Notes under the pieces: generated by a model
What the model saw: the letters and a program-made list of their open reading frames with translations, nothing else
Told to the model about the DNA's origin: nothing
The model's database searches: none
Shown: piece by piece, positions 19,557-27,296 of the stretch
Numbering within the stretch: position 1 is the stretch's first letter
How the letters are laid out: every line of letters starts with the position of its first letter
DNA from: a virus
Lineage: Duplodnaviria; Caudoviricetes
IMG/VR virus record: IMGVR_UViG_3300008262_000001
DNA: 64,000 nucleotides
Direction: 5' to 3' (one strand)
Made by a program: the position numbers and the translations under genes

Positions 19557-19995
19557 ATGCACCTTCTAAAATTTTTCTATCAATTTCAGTCAAAGATTGT
19601 TCACCCTGCTCATTTATCTTGTCTAAGATATTGTCAACTGAAAGATTTTGAAGAAGAAAATCATTTAATAATCTTCTGTTGTTTGGATCCGAAAACACAA
19701 CATCGAATGCTTTTGATTTTTCTTTTGAAAGAAGAACGTTTTCGGTTATGTCTCTCACTTCACAAAGCACTTTTAAATCCTTCAACTTTTGAATCAGTGG
19801 ATTACATTTATCAGCGGGAAGAAATGAAAAGATTGCTTCCTGATTTAATCCCTCTATTTCATCAATCGCCAGCAAATTCATGTCATCTAAAGTGTATTCA
19901 GCTTCCATGAAATAATCGTGGATAGATTGAGTTATTTTTTTATTCTCTTCTTCCGAAAGAGGTTTATCGATGAGGATGAATTTTATATTTTCCAT
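19555..19995 (-). CDS. Hypothetical protein with DUF6576-like C-terminal motif
   Basis: VDNILDKINEQGEQSLTEIDRKIL. Confidence 0.6.
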   Translation of the reverse strand: MENIKFILIDKPLSEEENKKITQSIHDYFMEAEYTLDDMNLLAIDEIEGLNQEAIFSFLPADKCNPLIQKLKDLKVLCEVRDITENVLLSKEKSKAFDVVFSDPNNRRLLNDFLLQNLSVDNILDKINEQGEQSLTEIDRKILEGA

Positions 19996-20055
19996 ACTGT
20001 AAATATATGGATTTATCTATAATAAAAAAATTATTTCCAATTTTTGTACAAAAAT

Positions 20056-20541
20056 TCAGACAAGATAGCAAAGCCAATTTTCATTGACTTTTGCAAAATT
20101 CCTCATGAAGTAGTTGTAAGCTGGTTTGAATGGAATCTGTCTCAGTTTCATTCCTGCTTCATCCGGTGTTCGATCACCTTTAAAACAATTACACTTTGTA
20201 CAACATGTGCCCATGTTTTCCCAAGTGTTAGATCCTCCTCTTGATTTAGGAAGAATATGATCAATGGTTAGATCTCTTTTTGCACCACAATATAAACACA
20301 TAAAGCCGTCCCTTTTAAATATGTTGTCTCTTGAAGGATTGAATTTTTTAAAGGGCAATACAACATATTTCAGAAGTCTAATTACTGAAGGTCTCTTATA
20401 AACTTTTTTATCAGTGATTATTGGATTTTCTTCAATGTGCTCAATAATTTCAGCTTTGCCTTTGAATACAAGTTTGAATCCCCTAATCATATCTGTTATA
20501 CTTACTGGAGTATAATCATTATTCAAGACAAGAACTTGCAT
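20056..20541 (-). CDS. HNH endonuclease (McrA-like)
   Basis: RDGFMCLYCG, TIDHILPKSRGG, WENMGTCCTKCN. Confidence 0.9.
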   Translation of the reverse strand: MQVLVLNNDYTPVSITDMIRGFKLVFKGKAEIIEHIEENPIITDKKVYKRPSVIRLLKYVVLPFKKFNPSRDNIFKRDGFMCLYCGAKRDLTIDHILPKSRGGSNTWENMGTCCTKCNCFKGDRTPDEAGMKLRQIPFKPAYNYFMRNFAKVNENWLCYLV

Positions 20542-20644
20542 GATAATTTTAGTTTTTGTTCTTGGACTAGTTTCAAGTATTTATCCTTTGTGAGGGTCAA
20601 CGAAATAATAAACTTTGAGGAATATATAAAAGAAAAAAGACGAG

Positions 20645-22030
20645 ATGGTATCTAAAAAGGTGTTTAGTTTTATAGAATTCGTAAACGAAAACTACAACAA
20701 TCAAGACTTACTAAATGAAGAAAAAGAAGCATATGTCCCTTCAAAAGAGGATATAATGAAGATTTTGGAAATTCAGCAAAAAATTGGACAAAACTATAAG
20801 AAGGTTAAGGGAGAAAAACAGTTTGAAAAAGGAGGTAAAACAAACAAACAAGTTTGGGCATCATTAGATGTTTTCAATTCATTAGATGCCACTTTACAAG
20901 AATCTGCAATTAAAGATATTCAAAAAGCTTTTGGTAAAAAAAGCATAAGTCAAAAGACTTTTGAATCAGTTCTCAAAATGTTCGAAGAATCTGCAAATGG
21001 AGGGTCAATTTCCTACACAGTAAAATACTCAGGTAACAACCAAAGTATCTATGCAATTGTTACAAAGCAAACTATCGAAAAGGAAGAGCCTTCCAAAAAA
21101 ACAGAAACTAAACCCCCGGTTGAATCAGAAAAAATAGTCCTGATAGATCCTTTGAAAACTTCTTATTTTTTCAAAAACAACATGTACGAAATTAAGGAAG
21201 ATAATCTAGGGGAAACATTTGTTGATGTTGAATACACAAAACAGGTTTTAGATTTGATAGACGAAAAAATAGCCGAAGGCTACCAATCTTACCAAATAGA
21301 TAAAGCTGGAGGGATCACAAAAATTTCTATAAGTGCTTCATGCTCAAGATACAGAAACAGAGGTATTTCAGAATCTCTATCGTGGGCAGAATTAGCTTAC
21401 AAAAGAGTTGGTATCTTTTCTAAGTATATCAAAGCCTCGGCTGAGAAGATATCGGAAAATGACAAAGAATTTGTTGATAAGATTTTATCAGTAATTGAAC
21501 TGGAATATTTTGGGTCTAACGGAGATGGAACATCAGGACCAGATCCAAATAAAGATGACAAAGGTGCATCAGTAAGAAAAGGATATTACATCCAAAAAGG
21601 TAACAAAGCTGAATTTGTTGACTCTAAAGGTACAGACCTAACTATGATTAATGTTGTAGATGTAACTACTGGAGAAAATGCAATTCCTGTGCTAGGAGAA
21701 AAACCTAAACAAGTTAAAGCAAAAAATGTTGATGGAACTGATATAGATAAAGCTCCGGCAAATCCTAAAGATTACGATCCATTCAGATATTTCCAAATAG
21801 AAATGGAGGGTCAATTTGTTAAGACAAAAGAAACAGAAACCCTTCCTGAAGAAGAACCACCTGTAATTACTGTTACTGAGAAATATAAAATTGCTATTTC
21901 TTTTCCAGTAAAAATTAAGAATAGCTCATTCATTAAATTACCAAGAAGATCTAAAAATAAAACTAAAACTTACAGTCCTCCCAAAGGAGGTGGAAAAAGA
22001 AGAGCAGTTCCTTGCCCTATATGGGATTAA
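20645..22030 (+). CDS. CTS-like late hypothetical protein
   Basis: N-term MVSKKVFSFIEFVNE; GAATATATA 20620-20628. Confidence 0.7.
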   Translation: MVSKKVFSFIEFVNENYNNQDLLNEEKEAYVPSKEDIMKILEIQQKIGQNYKKVKGEKQFEKGGKTNKQVWASLDVFNSLDATLQESAIKDIQKAFGKKSISQKTFESVLKMFEESANGGSISYTVKYSGNNQSIYAIVTKQTIEKEEPSKKTETKPPVESEKIVLIDPLKTSYFFKNNMYEIKEDNLGETFVDVEYTKQVLDLIDEKIAEGYQSYQIDKAGGITKISISASCSRYRNRGISESLSWAELAYKRVGIFSKYIKASAEKISENDKEFVDKILSVIELEYFGSNGDGTSGPDPNKDDKGASVRKGYYIQKGNKAEFVDSKGTDLTMINVVDVTTGENAIPVLGEKPKQVKAKNVDGTDIDKAPANPKDYDPFRYFQIEMEGQFVKTKETETLPEEEPPVITVTEKYKIAISFPVKIKNSSFIKLPRRSKNKTKTYSPPKGGGKRRAVPCPIWD

Positions 22031-22046
22031 ATAAATTAAGATTTAT

Positions 22047-22071
22047 AAAAAAGCCCTTAGGGGCTTTTTTT
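22047..22071. terminator. Bidirectional intrinsic terminator
   Basis: AAAAAAGCCC-TTAG-GGGCTTTTTTT. Confidence 0.85.
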
Positions 22072-22690
22072 ATTGATTAGGATCCTGAATAAAGACAGTA
22101 ACATTAAATGTGTTGCAAACGATGCGAAGAAAACCCTGATCTATTTGCTTTTGGGTCAAATCCTTTGTAGTTTTATAAAACACCATGGTTGTATAGGATC
22201 CAATGTATCCATATTTTTTATCGGTTGCTATAGACCAATGTGAAGGAGAATTACGATAGGAAGCTAATACATTTTTGTAAGAAAATTCAGGATCAACTAT
22301 TTCTTCCCAATTGGTACCTTTTTGATACTTTGGATTAATGATAGTATATGTGGTTTCAACGTTACAAATTTCTGAAGTTTGTCCATTGAATCCAGAACGA
22401 TCACTAGGTTTTACTTTTTCGACAAAATTTGGATAATCTACATATTCTCTATGTGTGAGAGAGTCTGTGTGGATGTAATGAAATATAAGATATTGAGCAT
22501 GGTGCTTGGCTGCAGAATCCAGCACTGAAAGCCTTTTCAACGAATTTGGATTACTCTTGTCAAACCCGGTAACTAAAGAATCTGTCGATTTAAATAAACA
22601 TTTTATTTCTAAAATTTCAACACCTCTTGGCATCTGGGCATTACAAACTACAGATAAAATAAGGAAGGAAAGGGCTAGTATGTTTTTCAT
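22070..22690 (-). CDS. Secreted CAP/SCP-domain-like protein
   Basis: Signal peptide MKNILALSFLILSVVCNA; LDSAAKHHA and YRNSPSHW motifs. Confidence 0.6.
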   Translation of the reverse strand: MKNILALSFLILSVVCNAQMPRGVEILEIKCLFKSTDSLVTGFDKSNPNSLKRLSVLDSAAKHHAQYLIFHYIHTDSLTHREYVDYPNFVEKVKPSDRSGFNGQTSEICNVETTYTIINPKYQKGTNWEEIVDPEFSYKNVLASYRNSPSHWSIATDKKYGYIGSYTTMVFYKTTKDLTQKQIDQGFLRIVCNTFNVTVFIQDPNQ

Positions 22691-22754
22691 AATCTCCTTG
22701 TTTGATAAAGTAAATGTAGAAGATTCTAGCTAAGATAAAAAATATTTCCTCGTT

Positions 22755-23324
22755 TTATTTTAAAAACCGAAGAATTTTTTCTTTAATACCCACCTGCTTG
22801 ATTCCTTCATTTCCCCTTGGAGTATGGACAAAATTTTCTAATCCCCATTCGTGGATAAATTCCATCGAATAAGATTTGACAATCTTACCCATATTGAGAT
22901 CGTCCACTGCAACCCAATTGGTTACTTCAGGATGGCTTTCAAGCCAGGTCATAATTTCCAAGCTTCTTGTGCCCTCAGAATCCCAGTCTCTGTGCCAAGT
23001 AGCTTTAGCTGGATCAATTATGTTTCCGGTGAAAGCAATGGGTTTTTTTATAATTCCCTGCATTTCATAATACAATCCCATTTCTTCAAGATTACAGAAG
23101 TGCTGCCAATCTGAACTCACGACTATTTCAGCATCTGTTTCTAAAAGGATTTTATTTAGAACACCAATTGCTTTTTTGTTGAAATTATCAAATCTGAATT
23201 CAACTGGTACACTCCTTTCTCCACCTGGATTTGGATTAGAGTAAGCTTTAGTTTTTTTCAATCTACTTCCCCATTCTGATGACAAACAGATAACACCATC
23301 ATGGTCTAAAAACAGAATTTTCAT
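22755..23324 (-). CDS. HAD phosphatase, Swiss-Army-Knife RNA-repair-like (HAD_SAK_2 type)
   Basis: MKILFLDHDGV (DxD), IVVSSDW, WVAVDD; TATATTTG promoter at 23329-23336. Confidence 0.8.
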   Translation of the reverse strand: MKILFLDHDGVICLSSEWGSRLKKTKAYSNPNPGGERSVPVEFRFDNFNKKAIGVLNKILLETDAEIVVSSDWQHFCNLEEMGLYYEMQGIIKKPIAFTGNIIDPAKATWHRDWDSEGTRSLEIMTWLESHPEVTNWVAVDDLNMGKIVKSYSMEFIHEWGLENFVHTPRGNEGIKQVGIKEKILRFLK

Positions 23325-23382
23325 AATACAAATATAAAAAAATAGCACCGAAAGGATATATATTTTACTAAAAAAATCATCA

Positions 23383-24786
23383 ATGGAAAAAAACATTCTC
23401 AGATTTAGTAGCTACTTGGAAACACTTAGCGGAACAATCAATGAAAGCGAAACTTCAATCAAAACAATTTCACAAATAATCTCTGCTTACACTAAACTTT
23501 ATATGTTTCTCGTTTCAAAGTCTCCTAATTACAAAGATGTAGTTACTGATTTGATTGAGGTTAACGAAGAAAAAGACCCAGCTAAAAGAGGTGAGAAAAT
23601 GGCCGCTATGCTTAACAAGGTAGCTGAAACTGTTGATGCTAAGTATGCAGATGTTAAAACTGGTATTAAAGATCTTGCTAAGAAAATTGGGGATTTATTT
23701 ACTTCAGTTGCATCAAGTGAAGATGCTAAGAGTAAGAAAGAGGTAATAGACACAGCAATAGCTACACAAATATTCGGATATAGAGATATTGCTAAAAAAG
23801 AAGGAACTAACGAAAATATTCAAGGATTAGGTAAAAACCACGTTCAAATGTTTGAGCAGTTCACTTACCCTCTTCTATTCGAAAAGAAAACATTTGAAGA
23901 TGAAAGAGAGGATTTGGTTCAACAAATGAAGCCAACCTACACTGAAATGCAGCTTCAGAAAACTAATCCTAGTACAGAAACACTTAAAGCTAAAGCTGAA
24001 GAAGTGGTAAAAAGATTTGATGAAATTACCAAGCTTCTGAAAACTGAAGAAGAGTGGGAAAAAATGAAAAACAAAAAAGCTAGAAAAGAAAAGATTAAGG
24101 AACTGGGTGAAGAAATAGCTAAAACATCTGAAGAGGTTAGTAAAATACAAAAAGATGAGCTTTTCAAAATTGGTATTGAAAAGAAAACCGCTGAAGACTT
24201 ATCTAGCGTGATAACTGGAATAGCAGAACTTGAGAAAAAAGCTAAAGTCGTTGATGATGCAGTTTTAGCTAAAGCAGGAAGAGACACATTTCATTCTTCT
24301 CTAAAAGTTGGTGATACAGTTAAATACAAAAAAGATGATGGAACTGAAGCTGAGGGGGAAATCAGTAAAATAGTAGGTATAGGAGACGAGGCTAAATACA
24401 CCTTTAAAGATAAGGAAGGAAATCTTTTTGCTAAAACAGGGGATCAGATTATCTCAAAGGTCGAAAAAACAGAAGACAAAAAAGAAGAAGAGAAAAAAGA
24501 GTCTACTTTAAAATTAGAAAAAACGATCAAAGCAACTGGATCTTCACCAACAGGTGAAAATCTAGAACTAACCAAAAAGGTTTTCTCTTTGATATATGAT
24601 AAATTTACTGATAATAAAGAAATATCAGCTATGGAAGAATGGAAAAAATCCAACTTCGGCAAAACTAGTAAATTCTTCATAGGACCAAGCAGAACAGCAG
24701 TCATTAAAGCTATCAAGAAAGAGTATGGTTTAGAAGCAAAAAATGGAGATATCACCCCAGAATTGGTTCAAAAACTATCAGCATAA
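23383..24786 (+). CDS. CTS-like late coiled-coil protein with KOW-like motif
   Basis: MEKNILRFSSYLE; LKVGDTVKYK; GATATATA 23355-23362. Confidence 0.7.
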   Translation: MEKNILRFSSYLETLSGTINESETSIKTISQIISAYTKLYMFLVSKSPNYKDVVTDLIEVNEEKDPAKRGEKMAAMLNKVAETVDAKYADVKTGIKDLAKKIGDLFTSVASSEDAKSKKEVIDTAIATQIFGYRDIAKKEGTNENIQGLGKNHVQMFEQFTYPLLFEKKTFEDEREDLVQQMKPTYTEMQLQKTNPSTETLKAKAEEVVKRFDEITKLLKTEEEWEKMKNKKARKEKIKELGEEIAKTSEEVSKIQKDELFKIGIEKKTAEDLSSVITGIAELEKKAKVVDDAVLAKAGRDTFHSSLKVGDTVKYKKDDGTEAEGEISKIVGIGDEAKYTFKDKEGNLFAKTGDQIISKVEKTEDKKEEEKKESTLKLEKTIKATGSSPTGENLELTKKVFSLIYDKFTDNKEISAMEEWKKSNFGKTSKFFIGPSRTAVIKAIKKEYGLEAKNGDITPELVQKLSA

Positions 24787-24803
24787 CAAAAAATACAATA
24801 TTT

Positions 24804-24831
24804 AAAAGGGATAAATTCTATCCCTTTTTTT
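24804..24831 (+). terminator. Intrinsic terminator
   Basis: AAAAGGGATA-AATTC-TATCCCTTTTTTT. Confidence 0.8.
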
Positions 24832-24887
24832 GTGACCTGTGATTACATATTCGTCACAATCAGATATATAAAACATCTAATTAATCA

Positions 24888-25172
24888 ATGAAACACATAA
24901 GAAAATTTGGAAATTTTGGAACCAAGATTAACGAGGGGTTCTGGAATAGTATTTTCGGAAATCCTACTATTGATGATGCTGCACAAGACTCAATGAAGGG
25001 CCAAGGATGGAGTCACAGAGGAAAAGAAGAGGATGAACAAAATTATATTATGTTCCAAGGACAGAAATTCTATCCTGACCAAATAGAATATGATGATGCT
25101 TACTCAACTAAGCCTATTCCTAGAATTGAGAACGGAAAGCTAATTGTAGCTAATCCTTCTTGGAATATGTAA
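24888..25172 (+). CDS. CTS-like small late protein
   Basis: MKHIRKFGNFGTKINEG; GATATATA 24863-24870. Confidence 0.7.
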   Translation: MKHIRKFGNFGTKINEGFWNSIFGNPTIDDAAQDSMKGQGWSHRGKEEDEQNYIMFQGQKFYPDQIEYDDAYSTKPIPRIENGKLIVANPSWNM

Positions 25173-25178
25173 AGGAAG

Positions 25179-25262
25179 TACCCGGGACGGGAATCGAACC
25201 CGTACAACCAAATGGTTACAGCATTTTAAGTGCTGCGTGACTACCAATTCCACCACCCGGGC
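25179..25262 (-). tRNA. trnL: tRNA-Leu(TAA)
   Basis: GCCCGGG/CCCGGGT acceptor, CAGCA-CTTAAAA-TGCTG anticodon arm, long variable arm, GGTTCGA T-loop; no encoded CCA. Confidence 0.95.
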
Positions 25263-25265
25263 AAA

Positions 25266-25341
25266 TGGTCGAGACAATGAGACTTGAACTCATAGCCTTG
25301 ATCGTATAAGGATCCTGCTCTTACCATTGAGCTATGTCTCG
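25266..25341 (-). tRNA. trnI: tRNA-Ile(TAT), encoded CCA
   Basis: CGAGACA/TGTCTCG acceptor, GCTC/GAGC D-stem, anticodon loop CTTATAC, ATGAG-TTCAAGT-CTCAT T-arm, A73-CCA. Confidence 0.88.
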
Positions 25342-25353
25342 ATTTTAAAAATG

Positions 25354-25428
25354 TGTTCCCTGTAGGGATCGAACCTACGACCTACGGTTTATGAGACCGT
25401 TGCTACTAACCAACTGAGCTAAGGGAAC
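25354..25428 (-). tRNA. tRNA with CAT anticodon (elongator Met or lysidine Ile2)
   Basis: GTTCCCT/AGGGAAC acceptor (G1-C72 paired, so not initiator), ACGGT-CTCATAA-ACCGT, GTAGG-TTCGATC-CCTAC. Confidence 0.9.
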
Positions 25429-25429
25429 T

Positions 25430-26080
25430 TTATGATAAATATTTTGTGGGAATTTCATATATTCCTCTTCTTATCTGTTCAATCTCCTCTTTTTTGATTA
25501 TTATAAGATTATTTACGCATTTCCACTTTTCTCTATCACGATCTCTTTCATAGCCTTTTACCTCGATATAAGCATCAATTTTTGGCAAATAAAAATCAGG
25601 AAAATAGTAATGAATATTCCCTATCCAAAAATAGTCGAATGGTTTTGTAATTTTATTTGTCCATTGTATTTCATGAATGTCGAGCCATTTTGCTACATCT
25701 AGCTCCCATTTTCCTTTAAGCTTAAATCCCTTATATTCAAAAATTTTAGTTCTACCTGAAACGTTATTAGCTGAATAAGAGTGTGGGTTTTCAAGAACTG
25801 TTTTTTTCATTTTTTCTGAATGCTTTTTTTTCCTTTCAAGTGTCCATTTTTCACCCTTTTTAGAGTCTGATATTTTTTTTCTGGTTTCTTGGGCTAATAA
25901 AGGAAATGAGAGCCCCATTTCTTTAGATTTTATATATTGATTGGAAGCATTAGATTTTTTTCCAAACATTGGGTTATTTTCTCCAGCTTTACTCTTTCTT
26001 TCTGGATTCATTTTGCAATAAGACTCGTGATTTTTTAATCCAAATATATTTTTATCTTCTTTACAATATTTACAATTCAT
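25430..26080 (-). CDS. Free-standing homing-endonuclease-like protein (Zn finger, NUMOD3-like, PD-(D/E)xK) within the tRNA cluster
   Basis: CKYC...H...C; GENNPMFGKK; ETRKKIS; FPDFYLP...IEVKG. Confidence 0.75.
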   Translation of the reverse strand: MNCKYCKEDKNIFGLKNHESYCKMNPERKSKAGENNPMFGKKSNASNQYIKSKEMGLSFPLLAQETRKKISDSKKGEKWTLERKKKHSEKMKKTVLENPHSYSANNVSGRTKIFEYKGFKLKGKWELDVAKWLDIHEIQWTNKITKPFDYFWIGNIHYYFPDFYLPKIDAYIEVKGYERDRDREKWKCVNNLIIIKKEEIEQIRRGIYEIPTKYLS

Positions 26081-26100
26081 ACTAAACTATATATAAAAAG

Positions 26101-26172
26101 TACCCCTGGCGGGAATCGAACCCACATTTTGAGATTAGAAGTCACATGTTCTATCCGTTGAACTACGGGGGC
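26101..26172 (-). tRNA. trnR: tRNA-Arg(TCT)
   Basis: GCCCCCG/CAGGGGT acceptor, GTTC/GAAC D-stem, loop CTTCTAA, GTGGG-TTCGATT-CCCGC. Confidence 0.93.
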
Positions 26173-26202
26173 TTAAATTATTTTACCACTACTTCAAAGA
26201 AC

Positions 26203-26236
26203 AAAAAAACCGGAACTTTTAAAGGTCCCGGTTTTT
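26203..26236 (-). terminator. Attenuator terminator upstream of the tRNA operon
   Basis: AAAAACCGGGAC-CTTTAAAA-GTTCCGGTTTTTTT. Confidence 0.8.
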
Positions 26237-26272
26237 GATATATTTAAGATGGAATATCAAAATTAGGACCTT

Positions 26273-26332
26273 TTAAAATCGTCTTATGAACGACCTTAAT
26301 ATTAGCCTTAATGAAATTGATTTTCCTATCAT
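26273..26332 (-). CDS. Putative leader peptide MIGKSISLRLILRSFIRRF (not in ORF track)
   Basis: ATG ATA GGA AAA TCA ATT TCA TTA AGG CTA ATA TTA AGG TCG TTC ATA AGA CGA TTT TAA; ATG lies 6 nt after TATAAA. Confidence 0.6.
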   Translation of the reverse strand: MIGKSISLRLILRSFIRRF

Positions 26333-26338
26333 TTGTGT

Positions 26339-26366
26339 TTTATACCTTTGTGAATGCTTTTGTTTC
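26339..26366 (-). promoter_or_regulatory. GAAAC-N17-TATAAA promoter overlapped by a 9-bp inverted repeat; TATCTTTG host-type element at 26368-26375
   Basis: GAAAC 26366-26362, TATAAA 26344-26339; CTTTGTGAA/TTCACAAAG at 26346-26372. Confidence 0.6.
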
Positions 26367-26380
26367 ACAAAGATAACAAA

Positions 26381-26677
26381 TTAAAGTACTGAAAAAAATA
26401 TTTTATGAAGTTCTTCGATGAAAATTTTAGTTGGTTTGCCTAAATAAGATGCAACATCTTCGGCTATTTCTTCATCTTCTGTATCACAGACAATATAAAA
26501 ATTAGCATCTTCCCTGATTGAGCTTCTGTTTAGGGCTAAATTGTCTAAATCTGATGCTGGATCATCCCAGAGATCTTCGTAGTCTGGTCTCTCAATTTCA
26601 TCTTCTTCAAAGTATGAGAAGATATCTTTCTCCTCATAGCTGAATTCATCGAATTCACAATAAATCTTGATTGCCAT
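26381..26677 (-). CDS. Hypothetical acidic protein
   Basis: 98-aa Asp/Glu-rich ORF. Confidence 0.65.
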   Translation of the reverse strand: MAIKIYCEFDEFSYEEKDIFSYFEEDEIERPDYEDLWDDPASDLDNLALNRSSIREDANFYIVCDTEDEEIAEDVASYLGKPTKIFIEELHKIFFSVL

Positions 26678-26689
26678 AAAAATGCTTGA

Positions 26690-27034
26690 TTAAACTTCCT
26701 CGATTAGAACTTTCTTAAGATCGTATCCTGTTGGGATATCTGAAGATTTTTCGTAGTAACCAATAATTGAATACTGTTTTCCGTCTGAACTAGAATCTGG
26801 AACCATCTCCATTTTGCTAACCATTGATCCTCCAGTGTATTCTGGTTCTAATGCACCACCTATTTCGATTGTTGTAGGCATGCCTTCAGAATTTTCAAAA
26901 TTTACAAAGTAGTTTCCCTCGGTATAAGCATCACCTTGGGTGATGTCGGTAGATTCAGCTTCAAAGTGAACTGGAGTAGTTTCAACTGGCATGGTTTCAA
27001 AACCATAATCTTCGTATATTTTTAAATGCCTCAT
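26690..27034 (-). CDS. CTS-like small late protein
   Basis: MRHLKIYEDY; GATATATA 27045-27052. Confidence 0.7.
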   Translation of the reverse strand: MRHLKIYEDYGFETMPVETTPVHFEAESTDITQGDAYTEGNYFVNFENSEGMPTTIEIGGALEPEYTGGSMVSKMEMVPDSSSDGKQYSIIGYYEKSSDIPTGYDLKKVLIEEV

Positions 27035-27055
27035 CTTTTTTAATTATATATCTAT

Positions 27056-27202
27056 TTATCTTCCCTGGCCAACGTAAACTTTTTTGTAATTCTTAGATTT
27101 TTTGTTTTTACTAGATTTACACTTAGAATGTATCCCTTTATTACATTTCTTTGCTTTCTTTCTGAATGTACTAGTGGATTCACTTTTCTTAGGTTTAGCC
27201 AT
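27056..27202 (-). CDS. Small highly basic protein (48 aa, not in ORF track)
   Basis: MAKPKKSESTSTFRKKAKKCNKGIHSKCKSSKNKKSKNYKKVYVGQGR. Confidence 0.7.
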   Translation of the reverse strand: MAKPKKSESTSTFRKKAKKCNKGIHSKCKSSKNKKSKNYKKVYVGQGR

Positions 27203-27251
27203 GTTTTGATAAGATTATTTAGTTTTGTCTACATATGTATCTTAGAGAAAC

Positions 27252-27276
27252 AAAAAATCCCGCCTGAGCGGGATTT
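27252..27276 (-). terminator. Intrinsic terminator after the TROVE gene
   Basis: AAATCCCGC-TCAG-GCGGGATTTTTTG. Confidence 0.8.
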
Positions 27277-27296
27277 GGTTGATATGGCACAAAAAC

